From assembly GCF_006345805.1 (NCBI RefSeq), contig NC_043019.1, forward strand, positions 10,849,360 to 10,913,359: DNA of 64,000 bases, written 5' to 3'. Shown here piece after piece: positions 24,465-36,538 of the stretch. The translations under genes were made by a program, and so were the position numbers. The notes below the pieces were generated by a model, which was not told the DNA's origin, did not search any database, and saw only the letters and a list, made by a program, of their open reading frames with translations. The stretch is from Octopus sinensis (taxonomy: Eukaryota). How positions within the stretch are numbered: the stretch's first letter is position 1; the number at the start of each line of letters is the position of its first letter.

Positions 24465-24690
24465 ACACTGCGTTGGTTTGGTCATGTGATGCGGATGGAT
24501 GTCAACAGCTCCATAAAGAAGTGCCGATCACTCAAAACGGACAGAACTCATAGAAGAGGGAGGCCCAGACATGGGACGAAGTACTGAAGGACGATCTCTG
24601 GACATTGAACCTTATGGAGGAGATGACAAAGGACCGAGATATCTGGGGCTTTGCTGTACTCAAGAAGACCTGTCCTCCACAGCACATGTG
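24465..24690 (+). mobile_element. RTE-clade LINE ORF2 C-terminal fragment
   Basis: Translates as LRWFGHVMRMDVNSSIKKCRSL...RRGRPR. Confidence 0.8.
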
Positions 24691-24879
24691 TTAAGGTTGC
24701 TCCCCCGGATGAGTCCTGCCAACGATTTGCAAAGAAGCCTGCAGATGTTGCAAGTATGAGGATTATTGGGTCCAGCGACGAAAATATTTCGACAAATTAA
24801 ATTTAAACGTTGAAGTGAACCTAACGGTTTTGTGTGTTTCTTAAATGGCTTATAAACACTTCCACGCTGCAATTGTTTA

Positions 24880-24917
<38 letters not shown>

Positions 24918-24920
<3 letters not shown>

Positions 24921-25257
24921 TGACCCCCTTCGGTCAGACACCTGACCATGGGTTTGCACCTAGAGAGTTACTCTCTGAGGCACAAGTCTGGGCAAGGTTG
25001 TTTCATGGAAGACCAGCAGTCGCCCATGCATACCGGCCTCACCTCTCCACGTCACCGATGTTGTCCAAGGGAAAGGCAAGGGCGATACAGCTTGGCACCT
25101 GTGACGTCGCTACTCATTTCTACAGCTGAGTGAACTGGAGCAACGTGAAATAAAGTGTCTTGCTCAAGAACACAACACGCAGCCCGGTCCGGGATTCGAG
25201 CTCACAACCTCACGATCGTAAGCTCGACGCTCTAACCACTGAGCCACGCGCCTTCAC
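24918..25257 (-). mobile_element. Young full-length SINE A copy inserted in (TA)n
   Basis: CpG-intact head GAAGGCGCGTGGCTCAGTGGTTAGAGCG and a complete body. Confidence 0.85.
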
Positions 25258-25474
25258 ATGTATATATATATATACATTGCCTCCTCTCACTTGTTCTTCA
25301 TTCTCAGAACCTTAAAGTAGTTTGGACCAACTGAATCTTAGTCAGTCAGTCAGTTGATGAGCTCCACTACCTCAAATGTTCTTAAAATTTAAATCCACAT
25401 CTTTGTCTATATATCTACCTTCTCTATAATGTTGCCACTTGATATGAAAATTTTGTATTAATGGAAAACCTCTA

Positions 25475-25562
25475 TAATTGGCTGATGAATACTCAGCATT
25501 TTAAAACTGTTGTAATACTTACAACATTAATAAAATGATGTAGTACGAAACGATCGTACCAA
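25475..25562 (+). ncRNA. Type-I hammerhead ribozyme motif (family H1, copy 2)
   Basis: TTGG-CTGATGA-ATACT...AGTAC-GAAAC-GATC-GTA|CCAA. Near-identical to the copy at 12939. Confidence 0.75.
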
Positions 25563-25693
25563 AACCGGAGTCAGTCATTCTTGTTGCTTATTTGATTATA
25601 ATCACCCCACGGATTTATATGGATAACACCATACAGAATTCTGGTGCACCTAAATTAAGTACCATATTCATTTGAATCTAATTTTTTGCTGAA

Positions 25694-25729
<36 letters not shown>

Positions 25730-26719
25730 ACAGATGTGAAATGACAGTGTGTTAAATAAAGCTAACCTCAGTTGGCAGGAGAGGACAGAAAAGTGTGGCT
25801 TGCATGTCTTTTCCAAAGAAAATAAATTATCTAGAGGTTGAAATTGAACCTGGGTTGTAGCTGTTCACTTGATTTGTCAGTAGCTTTACTATATACACTA
25901 CATTTACCAAATGTGTGTAAAAATATGTATACGTCTGTGAAGGCGCATGGCTTAGTGGTTAGGGTATTCGGCTCACAACTGTAAGGCTATGAGTTCGATT
26001 CCCTGGTGGTACATTGTGTCCTTGAGCAAGACACTTTATTTCACATTGATTCAGTACGTTCAGTTGGTAAAAACGAGTTGTACCCGTTTTTCAAAAGGGC
26101 TAACCATGTCACATGAGAACTATGTTAAGGGTACGAATGTCTGTGGAGTACTCAGCCACTTAAATCTTAATATCACAAGCAGGCTGTTCCATTCATATCA
26201 GATCAAATGGAACCCTCACCTTTGTAACTGATGAAGTGACATTTTCATATACACATTTACAGGTACACACCTACAGAGTTTTATATAAATTCTTGCTATT
26301 GTTTTGTTGATATATTGGAAGACTATTGTGGGATTTGGTTTCAAATTTTGGCACAAGGCCAGCAAGTTCTGGATAGGGGGTAAGTTGAATACATCATCCC
26401 CCAGTGCTTAACTAGTACTTATTTTATCAACACTGAAAAGATAAAAAGTAAAGTCGTTCTTGGTGGAATTTGAACTCAGACCATAAAGATGGATAAATGG
26501 ATGATTCTGCCAGCTCGTCACTGTACTATTGTAGGGTATTGATTTCAGGTTTTGGCACAAGGCCAGCAAGTTTGGGAGAGGTGGGTAAATCAATTACATT
26601 GACCCCAGTGCTCAACTGGTACTTATTTTATCGACTTTGAAAGGATGAAGGGCAAAATCAACCTCAGCAGAACTGTAATGGGATATTATTGCTAGAAATG
26701 AAGGCCAGTCAATTACTGG

Positions 26720-27150
26720 CTCCAGTTATGATCACACTGCTTCTGGTTCAACAGGTGCTGCCCTCTAGTTCTGCCTACATTGCCTCTAGCTTCACAGGGG
26801 TTGCTCTAATTATACCTACACTGCCTTTAGGATCACAAGAGTTGCTTCTTATTATGCTTACACTGCTTCTAGCTTCACTGGTGTTCCCTGTAGTTCTCCC
26901 TACACTTCCCCTGACTTCACTAGTGCTGCCTCTAGTTCTGCCAACACTTTCCCTGACTTCACTGGCATTGCCTTTAGTTCTGGTTCTCTCTAGAATTGCT
27001 CCTGGTTTCACAGGTGTTACCTCTAATGATACCTACACTGCCCCTAGCTTCACTGGTGTTCTTCCCTGTTATGCCTTTCTTTGTCTCTGGCTTCACTGGT
27101 ATTGCCTCCTAATTCTGCCTGCTATTTCTTTGGTCACACCTCTATTGTCC
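26720..27150. repeat. Degenerate 42-bp tandem repeat directly 3' of the SLC25 stop codon
   Basis: Minus frame shows a 14-aa periodicity: GNASEVRESVGRTR / GSTSEVRGSVGRTT / GNTSEARSSVSIIR / SNSCDPKGSVGIIR. Confidence 0.7.
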
Positions 27151-27173
27151 TCAGTTTCATGAAATTTGTCACA

Positions 27174-27348
27174 CTAATTGCGCAGGCCCCATTCTGAGAC
27201 TTTCTTCTGAGCATTAGCCATCACAATCATACTGATACCATTGGCCAGGAAACTGCGGATGGTTCCAGGCCATATTCCACGATAGAGGGCAAAAAAACCA
27301 CCTTTGTCTCTTATGATATTCCTCATTCGCGTAATCACAGAAATTTGT
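27174..27348 (-). CDS. SLC25 carrier exon 8, terminal (QISVITRMRNIIRDKGGFFALYRGIWPGTIRSFLANG...GLRN*)
   Basis: TTCAG acceptor, LYRG...R helix 6 motif, TAG stop. The 8 exons total 849 nt = 282 aa plus stop. Confidence 0.95.
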
Positions 27349-27589
27349 CTGAAGAGAGAAAAAGAAAGAGAAAAATAAACAGAGAAGATTAAAAAAATTA
27401 TAGCAATAAAGACATCAAACATTGGTAAAAATTTTGTACAAATAAGAAATGCTAGATGTTGCTTAATCCAAACTAAAAAAACCTTAACCAAACTGATCAA
27501 AGGTATTTTAACACCACCCTTTTTTTAATTATCATATTTCTGTTGAAATACATTGCCTTTGGTTCAATAAATTTTGAAAATTATGAAGA

Positions 27590-27963
27590 ACTAGCAGTAT
27601 CGCCTGGCGTTGCTCGGGTTTGTAAGGGAAATAACTATAAAGCATTTTTAGAGAGTTATAGCCAAAAAATTGGGAAAAAATGATGGTAAATTTTTTTTTT
27701 AGTTAAAAAGGTCGAGTTGCGTCCCCTAGACAGCCTGTGGTTTGTGTTTCTGATTCTCGACCCCATGTCGAATTTATCGATTTTTTTCAGAACTGGGGGA
27801 ACTTTTCAAAATTTTCGCTGCGTTAGTTTTGAATTATGACATTGGGCTATGTGTGTGTCAAGTTTCATCAGAATCGGTTGAAAGCCGTGGTCAGGGTGAG
27901 GGTACAACCTAACAGACACACAGAAACACACACAGACAAACTGCCGTTTATATATAGAGAGAT
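27590..27963 (+). mobile_element. Non-autonomous Helitron-like (Lep1/MINE-type) element
   Basis: ACTAGC..CCTGGCGTTGCTCGGG 5' hairpin, AAGTTTCATCAGAATCGG, (ACAG/ACAC) repeats, TATATAGAGAGAT end. Recognised by resemblance only. Confidence 0.6.
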
Positions 27964-28839
27964 TAAGTAAAATAACTATCATTATTAAGATAAGGCAGCA
28001 AGCTAGCAGAATCGTTACTGTGGTGGGAAAAATGCTAAGCAGCCTTTTTTTTTCACTTTACATTCTGAATTCAAATTCTGTTGAGGTCATCTTTGCCTTT
28101 CGTCCATTTGGGGTAAATAAAATAAGTACCTGAATGCTTGATACCATATTTCTGTTGAAATACATTGCCGTTGTTTCAATTAATTGCGAAAATAAGAATT
28201 TAGTAAAATATCTGTCATTATTAAGTTAGTGCTAGGAACATAAGATTACCATGAAATTATGATGGAAGCTTTTAAATTTAGATCTCTTCAAAACAAAAAG
28301 ATTCTATTATAGAACCAAAGGCAGCCTCAAGTAGGTTGGTACCAAAAGGGTTAAATCTGCCACTCTTGAATTGAAGGGGATCTGATGGCTATTTCTTGCA
28401 GGTCAAGCATCCATGTAAAGGCCATTCTCTTCCTCTTGCTTGTCTGTATTTGGTAAAATGGTTGGTGTGTGGGATTACAGAACATAAAGCCAAGAATTCG
28501 AAAATTTGGTTTGATAGAACCAGTTTATACCACCTGCATTCCCACTCTGATATTTTATTAGTCTTTTACTAACATCAGCCAGTAGGCTATGACCATGATG
28601 GAGCACTTATGATAATGATGATGGTGAAGGCTAGTGGGTCATGATGATGACAATGATGATAGCAGTGATGGTGATGGTTTGTGATGTTACCAATAATGAT
28701 GATGGTGACAATGATGATGATGTTACCAATGATGATGAGGATGGTAGTGATGATGGTGGTTGATGGTCATGATGATGATGGTGATGATGATGACAATGAT
28801 GGTGATGATAGCATGGTGACTGTTAGAGTTGTGACTTAC

Positions 28840-29048
28840 CGACTGCCGTAACCAGACTGTACTTGGCATTTCATGTACTCCAAGGGCCAAACCATCCACC
28901 AGGCTAGAGTAGCTGCAATACCAGATGTGAGGAATGGTCCAAGAATGGGACGTTTGAACTGTTCTGGGAAATGTCTTCGGCCGGAATCAACAAGCATAAA
29001 ATATGTACAGAGCAAGCCCTGGGTTCGACAACACGTCACACCAAAACC
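28840..29048 (-). CDS. SLC25 carrier exon 7 (GFGVTCCRTQ...WPLEYMKCQVQSGYGS)
   Basis: Third signature PLEYMKCQVQ. TTGCAG acceptor, CG|GTAAGT donor. Confidence 0.95.
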
Positions 29049-30154
29049 CTGCAATAGAGAAGACAAAAGGGTGGATATTAGGGACTGAACGGTGGGCACA
29101 CATATACACACACACTGAGATGGGTACAAACACAGAGACAAAAATATTGGAAAGAATGTAAAAAAGAAAAAAAAATATGCCAGAAATGTGCAAGACTCCT
29201 CTCTATTAATCTTATGGGTTGTGAGATCAACAACCTAACCATGTGCTTTCACATGAAAGGAATGATATAAAAAAAATCTTATATTGTAAAAGAGAAGCAG
29301 ATCTCCATCTGTCACAACATGTATTAGAGGGAGCAAAAGAAGGGGAGGAATCAAAATATACATCACAATGTATTTTTAGAAGGGGAGGAGAAAAAGTTGT
29401 TGTCAAGAGAGAAATACAGAGAGAGAGGGAGAGAGAGAGAGAGTGTGTGTGTGTGAAAGATAGACAACAGAAAGTGTTGTCACCATAGTTACTAACAAGT
29501 TTTGATTAAAAATGTAGGAATTTTAGGTGCAAGTCTGTCAACACAATGCAACATAGCTTAAAAAACAAACAAAAAACTTTATATAACAAAATAGTTATTT
29601 TTTGGTTGTTTGTGTGTGTGTATTTCTGTATGTCTTCCAACATAGAGACAATGCAACACATACTTTAAAAATTTTTTTTTACTATAATGACAGGCTGTTG
29701 TTGAGAGAGAGAGAGAGAGAAAGAGAACGTGTGTGGGTGATAGGTAGGTAGGTAGGTAGACAGTTGTTACCATAGTAATTAATGAAACTTTCACTGTATG
29801 AGTGATGCTGAAATGTTCCTGGTTTGGGTAAAAGAGGATCAGTCAATTATGATTTTATCCAATATATTCCCCTCTCAGATTCATACACTTATTCCAGTAG
29901 TCCTTCAGTTTTTCTGAGCCCTGTAAAAGGGCTTGGAAGGTTGGGCTTCCAACCAGACCTTTCGTGATACCCTTAAAAGCCAGGAACTTTTCAGCCCCAC
30001 ACACCGTATAACAGTTTACTATTAAAGCAATGTATGCACATGATCAACAAACATCTTTATCAGCAGCCGAGTGATGGGTAGACCTAGTAAAAAAAAAGAA
30101 AAAAAAAAGGGAAATGTGTATGAAAGAAAGAAAGAAATGAAAGACAGAACTTAC

Positions 30155-30202
30155 TGTGTAAATGTTCCTTAGTTTCCAAGACCTGTTCACTTGACCACGT
30201 AC
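30155..30202 (-). CDS. SLC25 carrier exon 6 (VRGQVNRSWKLRNIYT)
   Basis: CTGCAG acceptor, ACA|GTAAG donor, 48 nt, phase 0 to 0. Confidence 0.85.
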
Positions 30203-32449
30203 CTGCAGAAGAGGAGAAAACCAGAACAAATTTTAAGGTGGGTGGTCAGAATTAAGGCATACCATATTTGAGGGCTTATAAAACGCACTCCTCCCGCTCC
30301 CACAAAAAATGTCCTGTACACAAAAAGTTGGGCCTCTTAGAAACTAATTTTGTCATTAATAGTTTTTTTCCTGAATATGTGCTCTCGAAATTGGGGTTCT
30401 ATCTTTTATGCATTCAAATACAATATTTCAATAATAAAAAGTGGGAGCAAACCTAGCTAAAAGAGCTGAAGACCTTTTAGCATTCAGATTATTCAGTCAG
30501 ATGTAACACTTATTTATTCATATTGCTTCGAGTTAATCATGCATAATCATGTGGCTTTGAGATTTTGAGATTAGCAGAGTTAAGTACCTTGGCCAAAGTT
30601 ATGTCCCTTGCTAACATTAAAGACAGTTCTTAATTATGCAATCGCAAGGCCCTCCTCAGGATTTTATTTTTATACTTGTGTGCCCCTTGTAGATCCTTTC
30701 CCACCCGCTTTCAGTACTGCTTTAAGGTATGGGTACATTGGGCAGTTGCCCGCGAGCCTCACGAGTCTACGGGCCCAATTCCGATCTATGTGTTATGGTT
30801 TACTGTCAAATATTGGTTTCAAATTTTGGCACAAGGCCAGCAATTTCAAGGAAGGGGCTAAGTCAATTAGATCGACCCCAGTACTCAAATGCAACTTATT
30901 TTATCGACCTCGAAAAAATGAAAGGCAAAAATCGATCCTGGCAGCATTTGAACTCAGAATGTAATGGGTAAAGACCCCCTTTGGTTTTGAATGACCATGA
31001 AATTGCTCCTAAAAGTTCCTCTCTGAGGCACAAGTCTGGGCAAAGTTGTTTATGGAAGACCAGCAGTCGCCCATGCATACCAGCCTCCTACTCTCCATGC
31101 CACCGATGTTATCCAAGGGAAAGGCAAAGGGGCCGATACAGCTTGGCACCAGTGACGTCCCAACTCATTTCTATAACTGAGTGAACTGGAGCAACATGAA
31201 ATAAAGTGTCTTGCTCAAGAACACAACACAGCCCGGCATGGAAATTGAACTCACTACCTAGTGATTGTGATCCTGATACTCTAACCACTGAACTAGGTAC
31301 CTTTACAAAGAATATAAAAGTGAATGAAATATTGCAAGGCATTTTACCCAGTATGCTACTGATTCTGCCAGATATCAACAGTAATTATTTTATTGGTGTC
31401 TTTTGCTGAATTGTTAAGTTATGGTAAACACACCAACACTGGTTGTCAAGTAGAAGTAGGGGACTAAAACAGACAGAAACACACATACAATAGGCTTCTT
31501 TCAGTTTTCATTTACTAAGTCCACCCACAAGTCTTTGGTCAGCCAGAGCCTTATAGTAGAAGGCATTTGCCAAAGGTTCCATGCAGCACGACTGAACCTG
31601 GAACCATGTGTGTTGACAGACATACCTGTGCCTATGGTTACAGCTGCCATTTTTCTTTTTCATGGAGTTTCCAAAGGTGGCATTGGGACTACTGGAAGAT
31701 CTTGCTGTCTTGAAGGTGGAGAGCAGGTCTGAATGCTTATAACAGGTACAATGGTAGCAGAATTCTTCTTTAATTACCCCATATAACCCCTCATAACTTA
31801 TTTTATTTTTGGGAATTTTGAGACTGACAAAAAAAAAAAAAATTGAGGGAGGTATCAGGTAGTCATGAGTTGTGCTAAAAATAATAGCTAAATAGCTCTT
31901 AAATCAGACAAAATAATAAAAAAAAATTTTTTTTTTTTTGCAAAAATTTTCTGAAAATTGCCAAAATCTAAAAATATGAGAAGTTATATGGGGTGATTAA
32001 ACCAGAATTCGATCACAATGGCTCCTAATACTTAATTGGTGTTACCCTCTTCCCTTACTTTTTCACTGATGGTAACTTTTGGCTGACATGGAGAATATTT
32101 AAAAGGCAAGGAGTTAAAGAAGGGAGATATTTATAGAATATACCGAAAATCTGAGACTCAAGGTGCTGAAGAATGTTGCTGCTAAGTCCAGTGAAACAGC
32201 ACAGTAAGAAGAGTGTTTTTAGGTTAAAATGCAACGATTGGTTGTAATAGAATCATCAACATCAGCAGCAGAGATGGAGAAGAGAAAGAAATTTTGCCAT
32301 TAAATATAAGGAAGAAAAAACAAAAACAAAAAATAAAAATAAAAACAAGAAACAATTATAACACTGTGTAACACGATTTTTGTCCTTGGGTGGCAATTGT
32401 TATTCCCTATTTATTTATCCCTACAGAGAATGAAAAATAGTGAATATTT

Positions 32450-32680
32450 CATCTCAATCGAAGGAGAGGGGCTTTCTCCGTCCGGGTTGCAGATCCGTGG
32501 AATAAGCTGCCGGACGAGATAGTGAAGATGCCGACAACCGCTCGGTTCTAAGTCTCCCTTGACCAGAAATGGCCTGAACTCTTTGCATGAACACCCTCCC
32601 TGTACATAACTCCATGTCCCCCTACATGGCCTCGCTTTTTGCTTTTTGAGCCAAAAAATTAACTTCACTTAACTATTTCT
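32450..32680 (+). mobile_element. A different CR1/L2/Jockey-type LINE 3' end
   Basis: RRRGAFSVRVADPWNKLPDEIV...LDQKWPELFA*. Confidence 0.7.
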
Positions 32681-33514
32681 TCCAAAGTTTGCTTTTGTTA
32701 CATTTATTCAATCCCTCAACACATGGCTTTGATGCCCCCCCCCCACTATTCCTTATTATGATCAGAGATGCACACATTGTCAGCCACTAAGGGCCATACT
32801 CAAGTGATTAAAGTCAAGCAACTGACAAGCAAATCTGTGGTATTGAGCAGAATATTTGCTATAACAATATTTCTGCTTCAGCAGCTCAGTGCTGAATCTG
32901 TCTGAAATGTTATGGAAAATAGATTACTCTTTTACTTGTTTCAGTCATTTGACTGTGGCCATGCTGGAGCACCGACTTTAGTTGAGCAAATCAACCCCAG
33001 GACTGATTCTTTGTAAGCCCAGTACTTATTCTATCGGTCTCTTTTGCCAAACTGCTAAGTTACAGGGATGTAAACACACCACCATTGGTTGTTAAGCAAT
33101 GTTGGGGGCACAAACACAGACACACACACATATACATATGACGGGCTTCTTTCAGTTTCCGTCTACCAAATCCACTCACAAGGCTTTGGTCGGCTTGAGG
33201 TTATAGTAGAAGACACTTGCCCAAGGTGCCACACAGTGGGACTGAACCCGCAACCATGTGGTTGGTGAGCAAGCTACTTGCCACACATCCACTCCTACGC
33301 TTATTAGTTTAAAAACATTGACGTCCAGGCCACAAAAGCAAAGTTTGAAGGAAACAGAAGTGATTTCCTTTGATTTCTAGATAGAAGCAAATAGGAAACA
33401 ACACTTACTGACCAAAGACAAAAAATAAAATTGTTAAATTTTGTTACAAAGTGTAATTGTTAACCCTTTCACTTCAAAATTAAATTTCATCATTATTCCG
33501 GTAATGATGTTAAA

Positions 33515-34000
33515 TCATCATCATCATCATCGTTTAACGTCCGTTCTCCATGCTAGCATGGGTTGGATGGTTCGACCGGGGATCCGGGAAGCCAGAAGGC
33601 TGCACCAGGCTCCAGTCTTATCTGGCAATGTTTCTACAGCTGGATGCCCTTCCTAACGCCAACCACTCCGTGAGTGTAGTGGGTGCTTTTTACGTGCCAC
33701 CTGCACAGGTGCCAGGCGAGGCTGGCAACGGCCACGGTCGGATTGGTGTATTTTATGTGCCACCGGCACGGAAGCCAGTCGAGGCGGCGCTGGCATCGGC
33801 CACGAGTCGGATAGTGCTTTTTACGTACCACCAGACCAGGGATCCTGGCTGGTTCAATTCGATTTCGATTTCGCTTGCCCCAACATGTCTTTGCAAGCAA
33901 AGGGGGTTGGCATGGGTGCCTGTCGTCGGATGAGGTTCTATATCGACTTCGCTTGCCTCAACAGGTCTTTGTGTCCAAAGGAGGAAAGGCATATTTTTTG
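33515..34000 (-). mobile_element. RTE-clade LINE 3' UTR fragments with (GAT)n tail. Also at 1270-1690, 4975-5350, 14630-14850, 16255-16485(+), 37775-37915, 53493-54065, 54367-54770
   Basis: (CAT)n-CGTTTAACGTCC and GGATGCCCTTCCTAACGCCAACC. The 1.6-kb copy runs into an RTE-type C-terminal frame (IKKCR...GRRRPRKTW). Confidence 0.7.
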
Positions 34001-34827
34001 CCAAAATATCTACCAATAAAGAGAATTGGCATTTTCTGCAAGTCACATTGCCTCAGTGAACTTGACAAATCTCAACAAAGGGTAAGAGATGTTTTGGTAC
34101 CACTTATTTGGCATTGCTAATTCCACATTGTCTTATTTGACAGCAGACAGTTTAACCCTTTAGTGTTCAGATTCTTTTCTTCTCTAGACACAAGGCCCGA
34201 AATGTTGGGTAAGGGGCCAGTTGATTAGATTGACCCCAGTACACAACTGGTACTTAATTTATCGACCCCGAAATGATGAAAGGTAAAGTCGACCTCGGCG
34301 GAATTTGAACTTAGAACGTAAAGACAGACAAAATATCGCTAAGCATTTCGCCCGGCATGCTGACGTTTCTGCCAGCTTGCTGCCTTTAGTGTTCAGATTA
34401 CTCTTTTAAATGTAATAATTTTTCACTCAAATTGTTTTTAATTGATCAAGCATTATATTACAGCTTTGAGGTTTCAATGATTGTTTATTTGAATATAAGA
34501 CATGTAGAATATTTAGGCCGGATATGGCCAGTTTAAACACTAAATTGTTAATGTCTCTCTCTCTCCCTGTTTACGGGAAAGTTCAAGTGAGAGAACGTGT
34601 TTATGTCTACTATGAGTTCAATTAATAAACTGTAATGCTTGTCTGTCTGTCTCGCTCTTTCTGCTTATGTGTATATTTCTGCATGTGTGGCTATGTTGGG
34701 GCACCACTTTCAAGGGTTCGGTTGAATAAAGTGACCCTAGTACTTAACGTTATAGCAGAAGACACTTATCCAAGGTGCCAAACAGTGGGACTGAGGTCGG
34801 AAACATGTATATATATATATATTATAT

Positions 34828-34882
<55 letters not shown>

Positions 34883-35467
34883 TCACGTCTACCAAATCCA
34901 CTCACAAAGCTGTATTAGAAGACAAATGTCTAAGGTGTCATGTAGTGGGACTGAACTGGATACCACTTGGTGAGAAAGTAGATTTCTTACCACGCAGCCA
35001 TGCCCGCGTCTACTACACATTTACGTATTGAGCTCTTATTTATCGCTCATAGACACAAACACACAATTATACAGAGAAATAAATATAAAACAAGATAGAC
35101 AGTTATATTTATATCCTTCGCCAATCGTATTCTATTATATAGTTTGTTCTATATAAAATGCCGCTATTTAATCTATTCCGACACAGATCTCGGATAGATT
35201 CAACTCGATATAGATTCCGTTTACAGCACTTTAGACATTATATGTTGCAATACAAGCACATTTTTATTGTTGGACAACTTTCTAAACCCGATACTTATTC
35301 TATTGGTCTCTTTTGCCAAAATTTCAGGCCTTATGCCGAGAGTAAAAAAGAATATTATCTACCACAACACTTGCTGAGAGTTATACATTCATGAAAGGGG
35401 TATCATGTCATTCAGAGTAAAAGTGTTTAAGGAAATGTCTGGTTAACTTTAAATTTTTGCCTCACAA

Positions 35468-35870
35468 ATATATGAGATTTGACCAAAAAGTATCAGGACT
35501 GTTGCTATTGGTAACAGGGCTAAAGTATGCAGTGTGAAGCTGCATGGCTCAGACTGACCTTGAGCTCTGTCCTGCATGCACACTAAGTTATATCGTTCTT
35601 ATTCACTCCTGTTGTTTATAGCAGTGTTTGGAGGAAAAGTGTGTAGAGTGTGGTTGTCTCCAACAAGAAGATTGGGCTTCAGTGGTGCAGGATCTCTTTG
35701 AGTGTGTTGAGGAAGACAAAGACTTTTTTTGAAGATGTTCATAACAGGTGACAAATTGTGGGTCTGTGGTTAGGACCCTGAAACCAAGGTGGCAAAAATT
35801 AGATTCCATTTGAAGGAAATAAGATTTCAAGATGTTGAGGAAATCCAAGGGAATGTGACAAGACAGCTGA
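35468..35870 (+). pseudogene. Internally deleted mariner transposase relic
   Basis: TIR-like TATGAGATTTGACCAAAAAGTATCAGGACT. Frames resemble QDLFECVEEDKDF..ITGD..W...DPETK and HLKEIRFQDVEEIQGNVTRQL. Confidence 0.7.
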
Positions 35871-35982
35871 GAGAGAGGGAGGAGAGATTGAGAGGGAGAA
35901 AGAGGGAGGAGGAGAGATTGAGAGAGAGAAAGAGAGAGAGAGAGAAAGAAAGAGAGAGAAAGAGAGAGAGAAAGTTAGAGAG

Positions 35983-36019
<37 letters not shown>

Positions 36020-36125
36020 AAGAAAGAGAGAGAGAAAGAAAGAGAGAGAGAGAAATAAAGAGAGAGAGAGAAATAAAGAGAGAGAGAGAGAAAGAAAGAG
36101 AGAGGAGTATAAATTAAAAGAGAGA
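35868..36125. repeat. (GA)n/(GAAA)n almost pure polypurine tract
   Basis: Read directly from the sequence. Confidence 0.9.
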
Positions 36126-36314
36126 GTTGCTGCACAGTTGTAAGAGAGTACGAGAGTACAAGACTACGTTACTGCAATGTTATTACCAGTTCAAATATGC
36201 TTGTAGAATGTCTGGACTCGTAAATAGGCCACTCACTGTGTTTTGCCATAGAGAAAATTTTTCTCTGTAGACAAATGGTGTAAATCCACCAAGACAAGTC
36301 TGTAGTACCTATTT

Positions 36315-36538
36315 CCTTACAACCCACAAGGGGCTAAACACAGAGAGGAAAAACAAGGACAGACAAAGGGATTAAGTCGATTACATCGACCCCAATGCGT
36401 GACTGGTACTTAATTTATCGACCCTGAAAGGATGAAAGGCAAAGTCGACCTCGGCGGAATTTGAACCCAGAACGTAGAGACAGACGAAATACCGCTAAGC
36501 ATTTCGACGGCGTGCTAACGATTCTGCCGGCTCGCTGC
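36315..36538 (-). mobile_element. SINE family C (GGCGAGCTGGCAGAAACGTTAGC head). More than 20 copies, e.g. 12065-12270, 14240-14465, 34190-34385, 44745-44960, 50150-50535 (tandem dimer), 54180-54360, 61176-61341
   Basis: B-box-like GAGTTCAAATTCC followed by GTCGACTTTGCCTTTCATCCTTTCGGGGTCGATAAATTAAGTACC. Many dispersed copies. Confidence 0.85.

Noticed and set aside
35789-36135. Arg/Glu-rich ORF resembling a splicing factor
   Set aside because: A mariner remnant fused to a (GA)n tract.
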